Shown: one piece after another, positions 40,456 to 51,391 of the stretch
Position numbering within the stretch: position 1 is the stretch's first letter
Layout: the number at the start of each line of letters is the position of its first letter
Source of the DNA: Sphagnum compactum
Taxonomy: Eukaryota
Direction: 5' to 3'
Length of the DNA stretch: 64,000 nt
NCBI GenBank assembly: GCA_965153455.1
Contig: OZ234493.1
Span: 3,658,001 to 3,722,000 of the forward strand
Program-made: the position numbers and the translations under genes
The notes under the pieces: generated by a model
What the model saw: only the letters and a program-made list of their open reading frames with translations
The model's database searches: none
What the model was told of the DNA's origin: nothing

Positions 40456-40676
40456 TTACCTACCTATCGTCCTCTCATCACATTAATTGAAAAGATGCAT
40501 GTGGTCAATGTTGCATCTAGTTCCAGATGTTACCTACCTATGCTCCTCTCATCACATTAATTGGAAAGATCCATTTGGTCAATGTTGCATCTAGTTCCAG
40601 ATGTTACCTACCTATCCTGCTCTCATCACATTAATTGAAAAGATCCATGTGTCAATGTTGCGTCTAGTTCCAGATG
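40456..40676. repeat. ~74-bp tandem repeat, 3 copies
   Basis: TTACCTACCTAT..CTCTCATCACATTAATTG.AAAGAT.CAT.TG.TCAATGTTGC.TCTAGTTCCAGATG occurs three times. Confidence 0.9.
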
Positions 40677-40715
40677 TACGGAGTTCAACTTGCACTGAGA
40701 CAGAGGACAACAGCT

Positions 40716-41085
40716 GGACAACAGCTGGGGTACCCATCACCAGAAGCAAGTCACCTTGCACTGACACAAAGAAATTAGTTCTGTACAGACTGGAGCACCT
40801 GGACAACAGCTGAGGCACCCATCACCAGAAGCAAGTCACCTTGCACTGACACAAAGAAATTAGTTCAGTCCAGACTGCAGCATCTGGACAACAGCTGAGG
40901 TACCCATCACCAGAAGCACGTCACCTTGCACTGACAAAGAAATTAGTTCAGTACAGATTGCTCCACCTGGTCAACAGCTGAGGTACCGTCACCAGAAGCA
41001 AGTCACCTTGCACTCAGACAAAGAAATTAGTTTAGTACAGACTCCAGCACCTTGACAAAAGCTGAGGTACCGATCACTAGAAACA
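40716..41085. repeat. ~85-bp tandem repeat, about 4.4 copies
   Basis: GGACAACAGCTGAGGTACCCATCACCAGAAGCAAGTCACCTTGCACTGACACAAAGAAATTAGTT.. at 40716, 40801, 40886, ~40969 and ~41052. Confidence 0.9.
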
Positions 41086-42184
41086 AGAAGTACCATACCT
41101 TCCATTGTAAACTACGAGATGAACATTCAACTGCTGCTCCTAGGTACCCATAGAGCTATTTTCTAATCTGACATGTTTAGGGCTCAAACAGACACTAGGA
41201 GAGCAGCACTGCTCTCACTCTGGAACACTCTTCATTTTTTCCACCCCACCCAAAATACTTATGCTGCCCTTATTGTCACCCCGGAATGAATCCTCCGAAC
41301 CTGAGAAGGGCCCTACCTTTGTCATGGCCTTCAGTGGAGCCGAATAGCCAATGGGTCCACTTGTATCACATCCATATATTAAATGCACAGCTAAGGTAGT
41401 GGCTGCATTGTCATCTTTCCTTTCACCTGAGACCAGCGTATGAAGGCAGATGTTTAACACAGAAATTGGAGTCAATACATATGAGTACGTCTCAATCCTT
41501 GAATCTGAAATACTAGTTGCATTTCCAATTAGGTAATGAGACAAGCTGCAGGGATGGGGCACTCGAGAAGATTTCAACTACATTGTTAGCCAAACTGCCA
41601 CTCCCCCTGGCATTTACCACATCTGTCCATTCCTTTGACAACACGAACAGAATTTTTTTTGAAGGATAGGATGAGGCCTTGTTCTCGTGTCCAGCCAAAA
41701 AAACAAGGGCGATGAGGGCAGCTTGTAGTCTCATCACTGTTGCAGCGACGCAAGTTACTAATGATCAGGCCCCTGAATTTCTGTTTTCTCATTCCTCACT
41801 TCAAATGCAGCGAACAGAAGTGGCGAACAGGCATATGTACGAGAAGGTAAACGATCGCTAGCGCATTCGCGTCTGAGGTGGGGCCCGCTGAGCGGATCGC
41901 TAGGGTTACCGCTTGCCTTCTAAGAGAAAAATAGCTGGGGCTACTGTGTCCACAATCGGAACGCGCGGTTCTGCCCTGTTGCTTTACCCGCTCTTTCGCC
42001 TCTTCTTTTTGCTGCACCAGTAGTCTGCCGGCCCTGCCTTGCGGCGTCGGAGCTGAAGGTGGCTTTTGCATTTCTACCGATTGTTCAGCAACATCTCCCA
42101 TCCTTCTTCTTCTGCTGTTGCACCAAGGTCAGATCGCGCGACCGCCTTGCAAGCTGACGAAGAGGCGAACCACGGCCACTACCC

Positions 42185-42870
42185 GCCACTGTCTGATGTT
42201 TGCGCTCCCATACTGCATCGATCCAGCTAACACAGTGCACTGCATCTTCTTTTTCTGCATCGAGATCTGGCGCCCGACCCACAGCTGACGAAGAGACGAA
42301 GCGCAAGTGCGACCCCACCGCCTTCTGGTGTGTGCGCTACCAAGCTATACCGATGCAGGTAGGCTGCATCTTTTTTCTCATCGAGATTTTCCCGCCCTGC
42401 AAGTTGACGAGTAGACTAACCATGAAGGCAGACCCCGTCGCCTTCTGGTGTCTTTACTACCGAGCTAGACGGATCCAGCTACGTTGCACCTTCTTTTTCC
42501 GCATCGAGATCAGTTCCGTCCCGTAAGCTGACAAAGAGACGAACCACGACCGCAGAACTCACCGCCTTCTGGTGTGCGCTACCAAGCTACTCCGATCCGG
42601 CGAGGTTGCACCTTTCTTTTCCGCGTCGAGATCGGGCGGCTGCCCCTGCAAACTGAAGAAGAGATGAACCACGGCCGCAGATCCCATCGCCTTCTGGTGT
42701 GTGCGCTACCAATCTAGACTACACCTGGTTTTTCCGCGTCGAGATTGGGCGCCCGCCCCAGCCCCTGCAAGCAGACGAAGACACGAACCAGGACCGCAGA
42801 CCCCACCGCCTTCTGGTGTGCGCGCTACCAAGCTACAACGATCCAGCCCGCACACCGCGCTGCACCTGAC
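42185..42870. repeat. GC-rich ~122-bp tandem array (5-6 units) upstream of the NLR gene
   Basis: GCCTTCTGGTGT core at 42320, 42440, 42564, 42689 and 42808 (spacing 119-125), with shared TCGAGAT and GAAGAGACGAA motifs. Confidence 0.85.
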
Positions 42871-43084
42871 GGACCCCGCATCGCACCACGTTTTTTGCCC
42901 TTGCACCCGCGCATATACGTAGTGAAGGAAGGCGCAGCCTGTGGGCGACGTGCCATCTCTCATCAGTTCCTATTTCTACCTTACGAATCTAATCTCTGCT
43001 GCACGGAGTTGTGCAGCAGTTTCACAACGCGTAATCAGGCCAACTCTTCCGCAATCTCGTAACTCGTACTCATACCCACGAGTG

Positions 43085-46000
43085 ATGGGGATTTCTTTCC
43101 GCCAGATCGTTTTGGTGCATCGATTCTTGAGCAAAACAACACTCCCATCAACAATCCTAACCGTTGCATCGACACTCATAATCGTTTTTTGCATCCACAG
43201 TTTTTTGTTCCGAAAGTGGCGAGGCCGATCAGTTGGTTGTGAGGGTGAAATTGGGGTTTTCGATGTGCAGATTCGTCCCGTGACACAAGTATGGCCACCC
43301 GACGACTACAAGGGTCCCATTCATTTTGACGTCGTGTTCTTCCACGGCTTCCAATTCGGGCAGGATGCACCCAACATGTGGAAAACCACTTGGTCGACAC
43401 GAAATCGCCCAGAAACATGTTGGCCTCAAGAATGGTTGGGACCACAATTGGGCAACAATGTCAGAATCTTGCTCCTCTCCTACGATGCATATGCCACCAA
43501 ATCCAAGTCGCATGATTTTGGAAATACCGAAGATGTTTCACATATTGCAAAGAATTTGGTGCCAAGCGTGGTGACCAGGTCTGATTAAGAACCTATATTT
43601 GTCTGCTGCAATATTTCCAACTGTTTGTTATAAAGATTGCGGGGATTTAGGATTTAACACACACACACAAATTAATTATATCCTAAACTTACAAACTAGG
43701 TACTAGAAATATGGGTGCTTCAAATATGTTGTAATTTTTTGAAGCATGCCTTCGTGGAAGACAAAGGGGCGAGGAGTTTAGATCCAAACTGTAAATTCCA
43801 TTCTAGATTGTTCTTTTTAAGGTGTTTATGTGCAAGCTGCAACTGTTGTGGACTGAACATACAAGAGGCATGTACTCGAACTTGTGGGATGTACCAGATT
43901 CGCAATGAGCACAGATCTTAGCATATTGATTGTTGAAAGAATGCCACACATGGCTATTATGTGATTATTTAATGTTGTGCTTGTTTGATCTTGATCTACA
44001 GTGCCGAGTGGAAGTTGGGCCAAGAACACCCCTTTGTGCTTGTAGGGCACAGCTTTGGTGGTATTGTCATCGAGAGCTTGGTCATGGAGATTCATAAGAT
44101 ATCTCAACAACAACATTCTAACAATCTAGGGAAAACAGATGTTGAAAAGGCAAATCTTTTTTTTAAAAATATGGCAGGGGTGGCCTTTTATGCTGTACCA
44201 CATACTGGGTCACGAGAGTTAATTGAATATATTTGTAGACAATGTGAAATCAATTTGCACTCCAAGCAATTGGCCAAAGTCAAAGCAATCATCTTGGAAA
44301 ATATTGATCCCTCCATATCCAAGGCAGCAGATTTATCAAATGATTTTTTTAATACACTTGCAAGTTGCACAAACGTTCATGGTTTCATCGAAACCAAACC
44401 TATTGATGATAATGTGGTAAGTGATGAGCATTGTCAATTGTGTAATGAATGGTTAGTATTCAAAGACTATTGTATAGAAACTTAATAGGATTGGAATATA
44501 TTTGGTTTTGCAGGGTATGATTGTGGAATATGGACCAGCCCAAATTCCAGGACACAAATGTTATAGAGTTGAAGGTTGTGATCATTTCAGTGTTTGCAAG
44601 CCACCTGATCAAAACCATCCAAGTTATAATATGCTTTTGCAATTTTTGGAGGGCTGTCGAAAGGTAATAATTGTTGTCCAACTTACAATTATTGGAGATT
44701 AATATTAGTTGGAATTGAATATGTTGATTTGCCAATGTCCATGTTGATTAGCAATTTGTCAAATTGATTAATGTTTATGCTTTCAATGTTCTAGCATAGA
44801 AGAAGTTGCAAGGTTCATGTAGCATGTTGGAATGCACCAAATGGATAAGGCAAATTAACAATTTCAAATGAGACCAAGCCAATTTGAAAGATCTTTTGCA
44901 ATGTGCATATTTTTTATCAAAGCACATTGTACATATACTGAATTTAAGGAATTTTAAACCTTTTCACCCAAAGGCCAACCTTGGAGCAACCTTCATATGT
45001 TTATATTTCTAGACTCCTCTTGGGGTTTCATGGATCTCACTTATTGTTTTTGTCAATGAAAGTTGATTGTAGCTATAAAAAATTGTGAGCTTAGAAAAGA
45101 TAGATTGTAGCTTGTAGTCTTAATGGGCAAAGTTATGGCAATGAAAGTTTATGCTTTTCTTTTGTATTTATCAATATACAAGTTATGGGTTGCAAGGATT
45201 AAATGAGTTTGTGTTGATGTAGGATTTTCTATTGAAGCATGCAAGCCTACCAACATTGCCAAAACTTGTGATTGGGCTCGATGAAGCTATTGCCAATGTT
45301 AAGGGGAAAATTGTGGACAACCATATGCTAGCTGTGGTTGGTATGGGTGGGATTGGGAAGACAACTTTGGTGAAGAAACTTTACCATCAAATACATGCTG
45401 ATTTTAAGAAATCAAGTTTCTTGGAAAATGTCAAAGAAAGTGACATTGTGAAAGTTAAAAAGAAAATCATCATGGATTTATGTGGCTTGAAATTAAAGGA
45501 TCCTAAAACTTTTCTTAGATATTTTGAAGAATGTTGGACAGAAATGAAAGTACTTGTGGTCATTGATGATGTTAAAGAGATTCAAATGATTGAGCTATTT
45601 GGCGAAGACATAGATGGCATCAAAAGAAGTGAAAATGGCAGTAGAGTAATTATGACAGGGCGAAATTGGAAAGATTTTGAAAATGTTACACCTAAAGATG
45701 GGAAGTTTGAAATGGATGGACTCAATGAAAACCAAGCAATGGAGCTTTTTTCTTGGAAAGCTTTTAGACAGTCAACACCTCCCCATGATTTTGCATCCAT
45801 CACAAGTGAGGTGGTTGATGCATGTCAAGGGCTACCATTATCCCTTGAGGTCACGAGCTCTTGGCTCTCTACCAAAAGAAATCTACAAGAATGGAAAGAA
45901 GGTTTATCACGGTTGAAAAATGTAAAACCTTTTGATGGGGGTCGTATTGAAAATGATCAGCTTTGGGGTCGACTAAGGATTTGTTATTCTGACCTAGCCT

Positions 46001-49000
46001 ATGAAGAACAAGAAATGTTTTTAGATATTGCTTGTTTTTTTTCAGAATACAACTCAAAATTTGAAAGGGGGGTCACAATTCAAAAAGCATTACAAATATG
46101 GAAGGTCCCGTCACAATATTCATGGATGAGTAGTTTGCAAAATTTGAAGGATAGATCACTTGTCAAGGTGAATGACATAGGTAATTTGGTGATGCATGAT
46201 CAATTACGTGATATGGGTCGACAAATTGTAAAAGAAGCTTCTAGTTATGACCGTGGTAATCAAAGTAGGATTTGGGACAAGGAAGAAGCAAGAATGGTCC
46301 TTCTCAATGAGACGGTAATTACTTCATCCTTAAATGTTCATCAATCTTTCAATTGTACACATTGGTGATTCAATCAACATTGTGTGAAGTGTTGGATGTA
46401 CATATGAAAATCTAACTCAATTCATGGTACTGCATGTAAGTTAATGATGCATTCTCTAAACTAATATGGTATGGTGCTTTGTTGGTTTTTAGGTCACTCC
46501 AAATATTCAAGCCATTTGGTTGCCCGAAAATCTAGAACTTCCACGACAAGTAACAGCATCAAAATTTCACCAAATGACAAAATTGCGAATGCTCATCATG
46601 GAAGGAGCTAATGAAACATTCATACAATCTTGTCTCGGACAACATTTTAGCCAATTGAAATGGCTCAACATAAGTTCTGACATGACACAACTTCCTGAAT
46701 CCATGCAACACCTTGTTGCTTTAACTATTTTGCAATTGCAAAATTGTCAGAACCTATTATACATACCAAAATTTCTCATAAACATGACTTTGTTAATGCA
46801 TTTGGACTTTTACAACTGTTCCAAACTGACTTCACTACCACCAACAATTGGTGACTTCAAGCATTTGACCGAACTAAAGTTGAGTAAATGTGAAAATCTT
46901 AAGGAGGTTCCTCAAACCATTGGAAGCGTCTCTTCATTATCAATATTGGACTTATCTTATTGCAAGTCCATTGAATCACTACCATCAACAATTGGTGATT
47001 TGAAGCATTTGACCGAACTAAAGTTGAATGGATGTGAAAATCTTAAAGAGGTTCCTCAAACCATTGGAAACATCTCTTCATTATCAATATTGGACTTATC
47101 TTATTGCAAGTCCATTGAATCACTACCAACAACAATTGGTGACTTAAACCATTTGACCACATTATGGTTGAAAGGATGTGAAAATCTTAAGGAGGTTCCT
47201 CAAACCATTGGAAGCGTCTCTTCATTATCAATATTGGACTTATCTTATTGCGAGTCCATTGAATCACTACCAACAACAATTGGTGACTTGAAGCATTTGA
47301 CCAGATTATGGTTGGAAGGATGTGAAAATCTTAAGGAGGTTCCTCAAACCATTGGAAGCGTATCTTCATTATCAATATTGGACTTATCTGATTGCAAGTC
47401 CATTGAATCACTACCAACAACAATTGGTGACTTGAAGCATTTGACCACATTATGGTTGAAAGGATGTGAAAATCTTAAGGAGATTCCTCAAACCATTGGA
47501 AGTGTCTCTTCATTATCAATATTGGACTTATCTTATTGCAAGTCCATTGAATCACTACCAACAACAATTGGTGACTTGAAGCATTTGACTCAGTTATTAT
47601 TGGGACGATGTGAAAATCTTAAGGAGGTTCCTCAAACCATTGGAAGCATCTTTTCATTATCAATATTGCACTTATCTTATTGCAAGTCCATTGAATCACT
47701 ACCATCAACAATTGATGACTTGAAACATTTGACCGAACTAAAGTTGAATGCATGTGAAAATCTTAAGGAGGTTCCTCAAACCATTGGAAGCGTCTCTTCA
47801 TTATCAATATTGGACTTATCTTATTGCAAGTCCATTGAATCACTACCAACAACAATTGGTGACTTGAAGCATTTGACTGAACTAAAGTTGAACGAATGTG
47901 AAAATCTTAAGGAGGTTCCTCAAACTATTGGAAGCATTTCTTCATTATCAATATTGCACTTATCTTATTGCAAGTCCATTGAATCACTACCAACAACAAT
48001 TGGTGACTTGAAGCATTTGACCACATTATGGTTAGAAGGATGTGAAAATCTTAAGGAGGTTCCTCAAACCATTGGAAGCATCTCTTCATTATCAATATTG
48101 GACTTATCTGATTGCAAGTCCATTGAATCACTACCAACAACAATTGGTCACTTGAAGCATTTGACTCAGTTATTATTGGGACAATGTGAAAATCTTAAGG
48201 AGGTTCCTCAAACCATTGGAAGCATCTCTTCATTATCAATATTGGACTTATCTTATTGCAAGTCCATTGAATCACTACCAACAACAATTGGTGACTTGAA
48301 GCATTTGACCGAACTAAAGTTGAATGAATGTGAAAATCTTAAGCAGGTTCCTCAAACCATTGGAAGCATCTCTTCATTATCAATATTGCACTTATATGAT
48401 TGCAAGTCCATTGAATCACTACCAACAACAATTGGTGACTTAAACCATTTGACCGAACTAAAGTTGAATGGATGTGAAAATCTTAAGGAGGTTCTTCAAA
48501 CCATTCGAAACATCTCCTCATTATTAATGTTGGATTTATCATATTCCAAGTCCATTGAATCACTACCAACAACAATTGGTGACTTGAAGCATTTAACTGA
48601 ACTAAATATGGAAGGATGTCAAAATCTTAAGGAGGTTCCTCAAACCATTGGAAGCATCTCTTCATTATCAATATTGGACTTATCTTATTGCAAGTCCATT
48701 GAATCACTACCAACAACAATTGGTCACTTGAAGCATTTGACCACATTATGGTTGGAAGGATGTGAAAATCTTAAGGAGGTTCCTCAAACCATTGGAAGCG
48801 TCTCTTCATTATCAATATTGCACTTATCTGATTGCAAGTCCATTGAATCACTACCAACAACAATTGGTGACTTGAAGCATTTGACCACATTATGGTTGGA
48901 AGGATGTGAAAATCTTAAGGAGGTTCCTCAAACCATTGGAAGCGTATCTTCATTATCAATATTGGACTTATCTGATTGCAAGTCCATTGAATCACTACCA

Positions 49001-49459
49001 TCAACAATTGGTGACTTGAAACATTTGACCGAACTAAAGTTGAATGGATGTGAAAATCTTAAAGAGGTTCCTCAAACCATTGGAAGCGTCTCTTCATTAT
49101 CAATATTGGACTTATCTGATTGCAAGTCCATTGAATCACTACCATCAACGATTGGTGACTTGAAACATTTGACCGAACTAAAGTTGAATGGATGTGAAAA
49201 TCTTAAGGAGGTTCCTCAAACCATTGGAAGCGTCTCTTCATTATCAATTTTGGACTTATCTGATTGCAAGTCCATTGAATCACTACCAACAACAATTAGT
49301 GACTTGAAACGTTTGACCGAACTAAAGTTGAATGGATGTGAAAATCTTAAGGAGGTTCCTCAAACCATTGTAGTAGCTCTTAATTATCAATATTGGACTT
49401 ATTTAATTGCAAGTCCATTGAATCACTACCAACAACAATTGGTAACTAGAAGCATTTGA
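43085..49459 (+). CDS. Hydrolase-NBS-LRR (HNL) immune receptor with putative N-terminal membrane anchor; 5 exons: 43085-43578, 44002-44416, 44514-44663, 45223-46314, 46493-49459 (~1700 aa)
   Basis: All four introns are GT-AG and the exons join in frame. Hydrolase motifs DVVFFHG, CWPQEWL, RILLLSYD, LVGHSFGG, FYAVPHTGS, DHFSVCKP. NB-ARC motifs GMGGIGKTT, VLVVIDDV, GSRVIMTGR, GLPLSL, FLDIACFF, MHDQLRDMG. Then ~35 repeat LRRs. The frame ends after a 1-nt deletion near 49371, so the gene may be truncated or non-functional. Confidence 0.88.
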
Positions 49460-51391
49460 CGCAACTAAAGTTGAGTGAATGTGAAAATCTTAAGGAGGTT
49501 CCTCAAACCATTAGAAGCATCTCTTCATTATCAATATTGGACTTATCTTATTGCAAGTACATTGCATCACTACCAACAACAATTGATGACTTGAAGCATT
49601 TGACTCAGTTATTATTGGGAAGATGTGAAAATCTTGAAGAGGTTCCTCAAACCATTGGAAGCATCTCTTCATTATCAATATTGGACTTATTTAATTGCAA
49701 GTCGATTGAATCATTACCAACAACAATTGGTGACTTGAAGCATTTGACTAAATTATTATTGAGAGGATGTGAAAATCTTAAGCAAGTTCCTCAAACCATT
49801 GGAAACATCTCTTCATTATCAATATTGGACTTATTTAATTACAAATCCATTGAATCACTACCAACAACAATTAGTGACTTGAAGCATTTGACTAAACTAA
49901 AGTTGAATGGATGTGAAAATCTTAAGGAAGTTCCTCAAACCATTGGAAGCATCTCTTCATTATCAATATTAAACCTATCTTATTGCAAGTCCATTGAATC
50001 ACTACCAACAACAATTGGTGACTTGAAGCATTTGACCAAACTAAAGGTGAGTAGATGTGAAAATCTTAAAGAAGTTCCTCAAACCATTGAAAGCATCTCT
50101 TCATTATCAGCATTGAACTTATCTTATTGCAAGGCCATTGAATCACTACCAACAATAATTGGTGACTTCAAGCATTTGACCGAACTAAAGTTGAGTAAAT
50201 GTGAAAATCTTAAGGAGGTTTTTCAAACCATTGGAAGCATCTCTTCATTATCAATATTGGACTTATCTTATTACAAGTCTATTGAATCACTACCAATAAC
50301 AATTGGTGACTTGAAGCATTTGACCACATTATGGTTGGAAGGATGTGAAAATCTTAAGGAGGTTCCTCAAACCATTGGAAGCATCTCTTCATTATCAATA
50401 TTGCACTTATTTTATTGCAAATCCATTGAATCACTACTAACAACAATTGGTGACTTGAAACATTTGACCACGTTATGGTTGGAAGGATGTGAAAATCTTA
50501 AGGAGGTTCCTCAAACCATTAGAAGCATCTCTTCATTATCAATATTGGACTTATCTTATTGCAAGTCCATTGAATCAGTACCAACAACAATTGGTGACTT
50601 GAAGCATTTGACCAAATTATGGTTGGAAAGATGTGAAAATCTTAAGGAGGCTCCTCAAACCATTGGAAACGTCTCTTCATTATCAATATTGGACTTATCT
50701 TATTGCAAGTCCATTGAATCACTACCAACAACAATTGGTGACTTGAAACATTTGACTCAGTTATTATTGGGAGGATGTGAAAATCTTAAGGAGGTTTTTG
50801 AAACCATTGGAAACTTTTCCTCATTATTAATATTGGACATATTTGATTGGAACTACATTGAATCACTACCAACAATAATTGGTGACCTGAAGCATTTAAC
50901 CTAATTATTAGTGCAAGAATGTGAAAATCTTAATTAAGAAGGTTCTTCAAACCATTGGAAACATTTCTTCATTATCAATATTGGACTTATCTTATTGCAA
51001 GTCCATGGAATCACTACCAACAACAATTGGTGACTTGAAGCATTAGACCAAATTATGGTTGGGAGGATGTGAAAAATTCGAAGGAACTCCTTCAAACCAT
51101 TGGAAGCATCTCTTCATTATCAATATTGGACTTATTTATTGCAAGTTCATTGAATCACTACCAACAATAATTGGTGATTTGAACCATTTGAGTAAGTTAT
51201 TATTGGGAGGATGTGAAAATCTTAAGGAACCTCAAACCATTGGAAACATCTACTCATTATCGATATTGGATTTATCTTATTGCAAGTCCATTGAATCAGT
51301 ACCAACAACAATTGGTGATTTGAAACATTTGATAGAACTATTGTTGGCAGGATTTGGAAACTTGAAGGGGCTTCTTTGATCCATTGGAAGT
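46868..51391 (+). repeat. 144-bp coding tandem repeat (48 aa = two 24-aa LRRs), about 31.5 units
   Basis: Unit 1 starts at 46868 and unit 18 at exactly 49316 (17 x 144). Consensus TxLxLxxCENLKEVPQTIGSISSL-SILDLSYCKSIESLPTTIGDLKHL. Confidence 0.97.
49371..51391 (+). pseudogene. Out-of-frame distal LRR units of the NLR
   Basis: 1-nt deletion at ~49371, TAG 49447-49449 in the restored frame, open run 49456-50904, TAA 50902-50904, 4-nt insertion at ~50931 and further indels after 51070. Confidence 0.85.

Noticed and set aside
41215-42318. Minus-strand ORFs as a gene divergent from the NLR
   Set aside because: The ORFs are in different frames, lack recognisable domains and give no consistent splice model.
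42185-42870. Regularly spaced conserved cores resembling a CRISPR array (also 40716-41085 and 54530-55620)
   Set aside because: The intervening sequences are homologous to each other rather than unique spacers; there are no cas genes and the context is eukaryotic.
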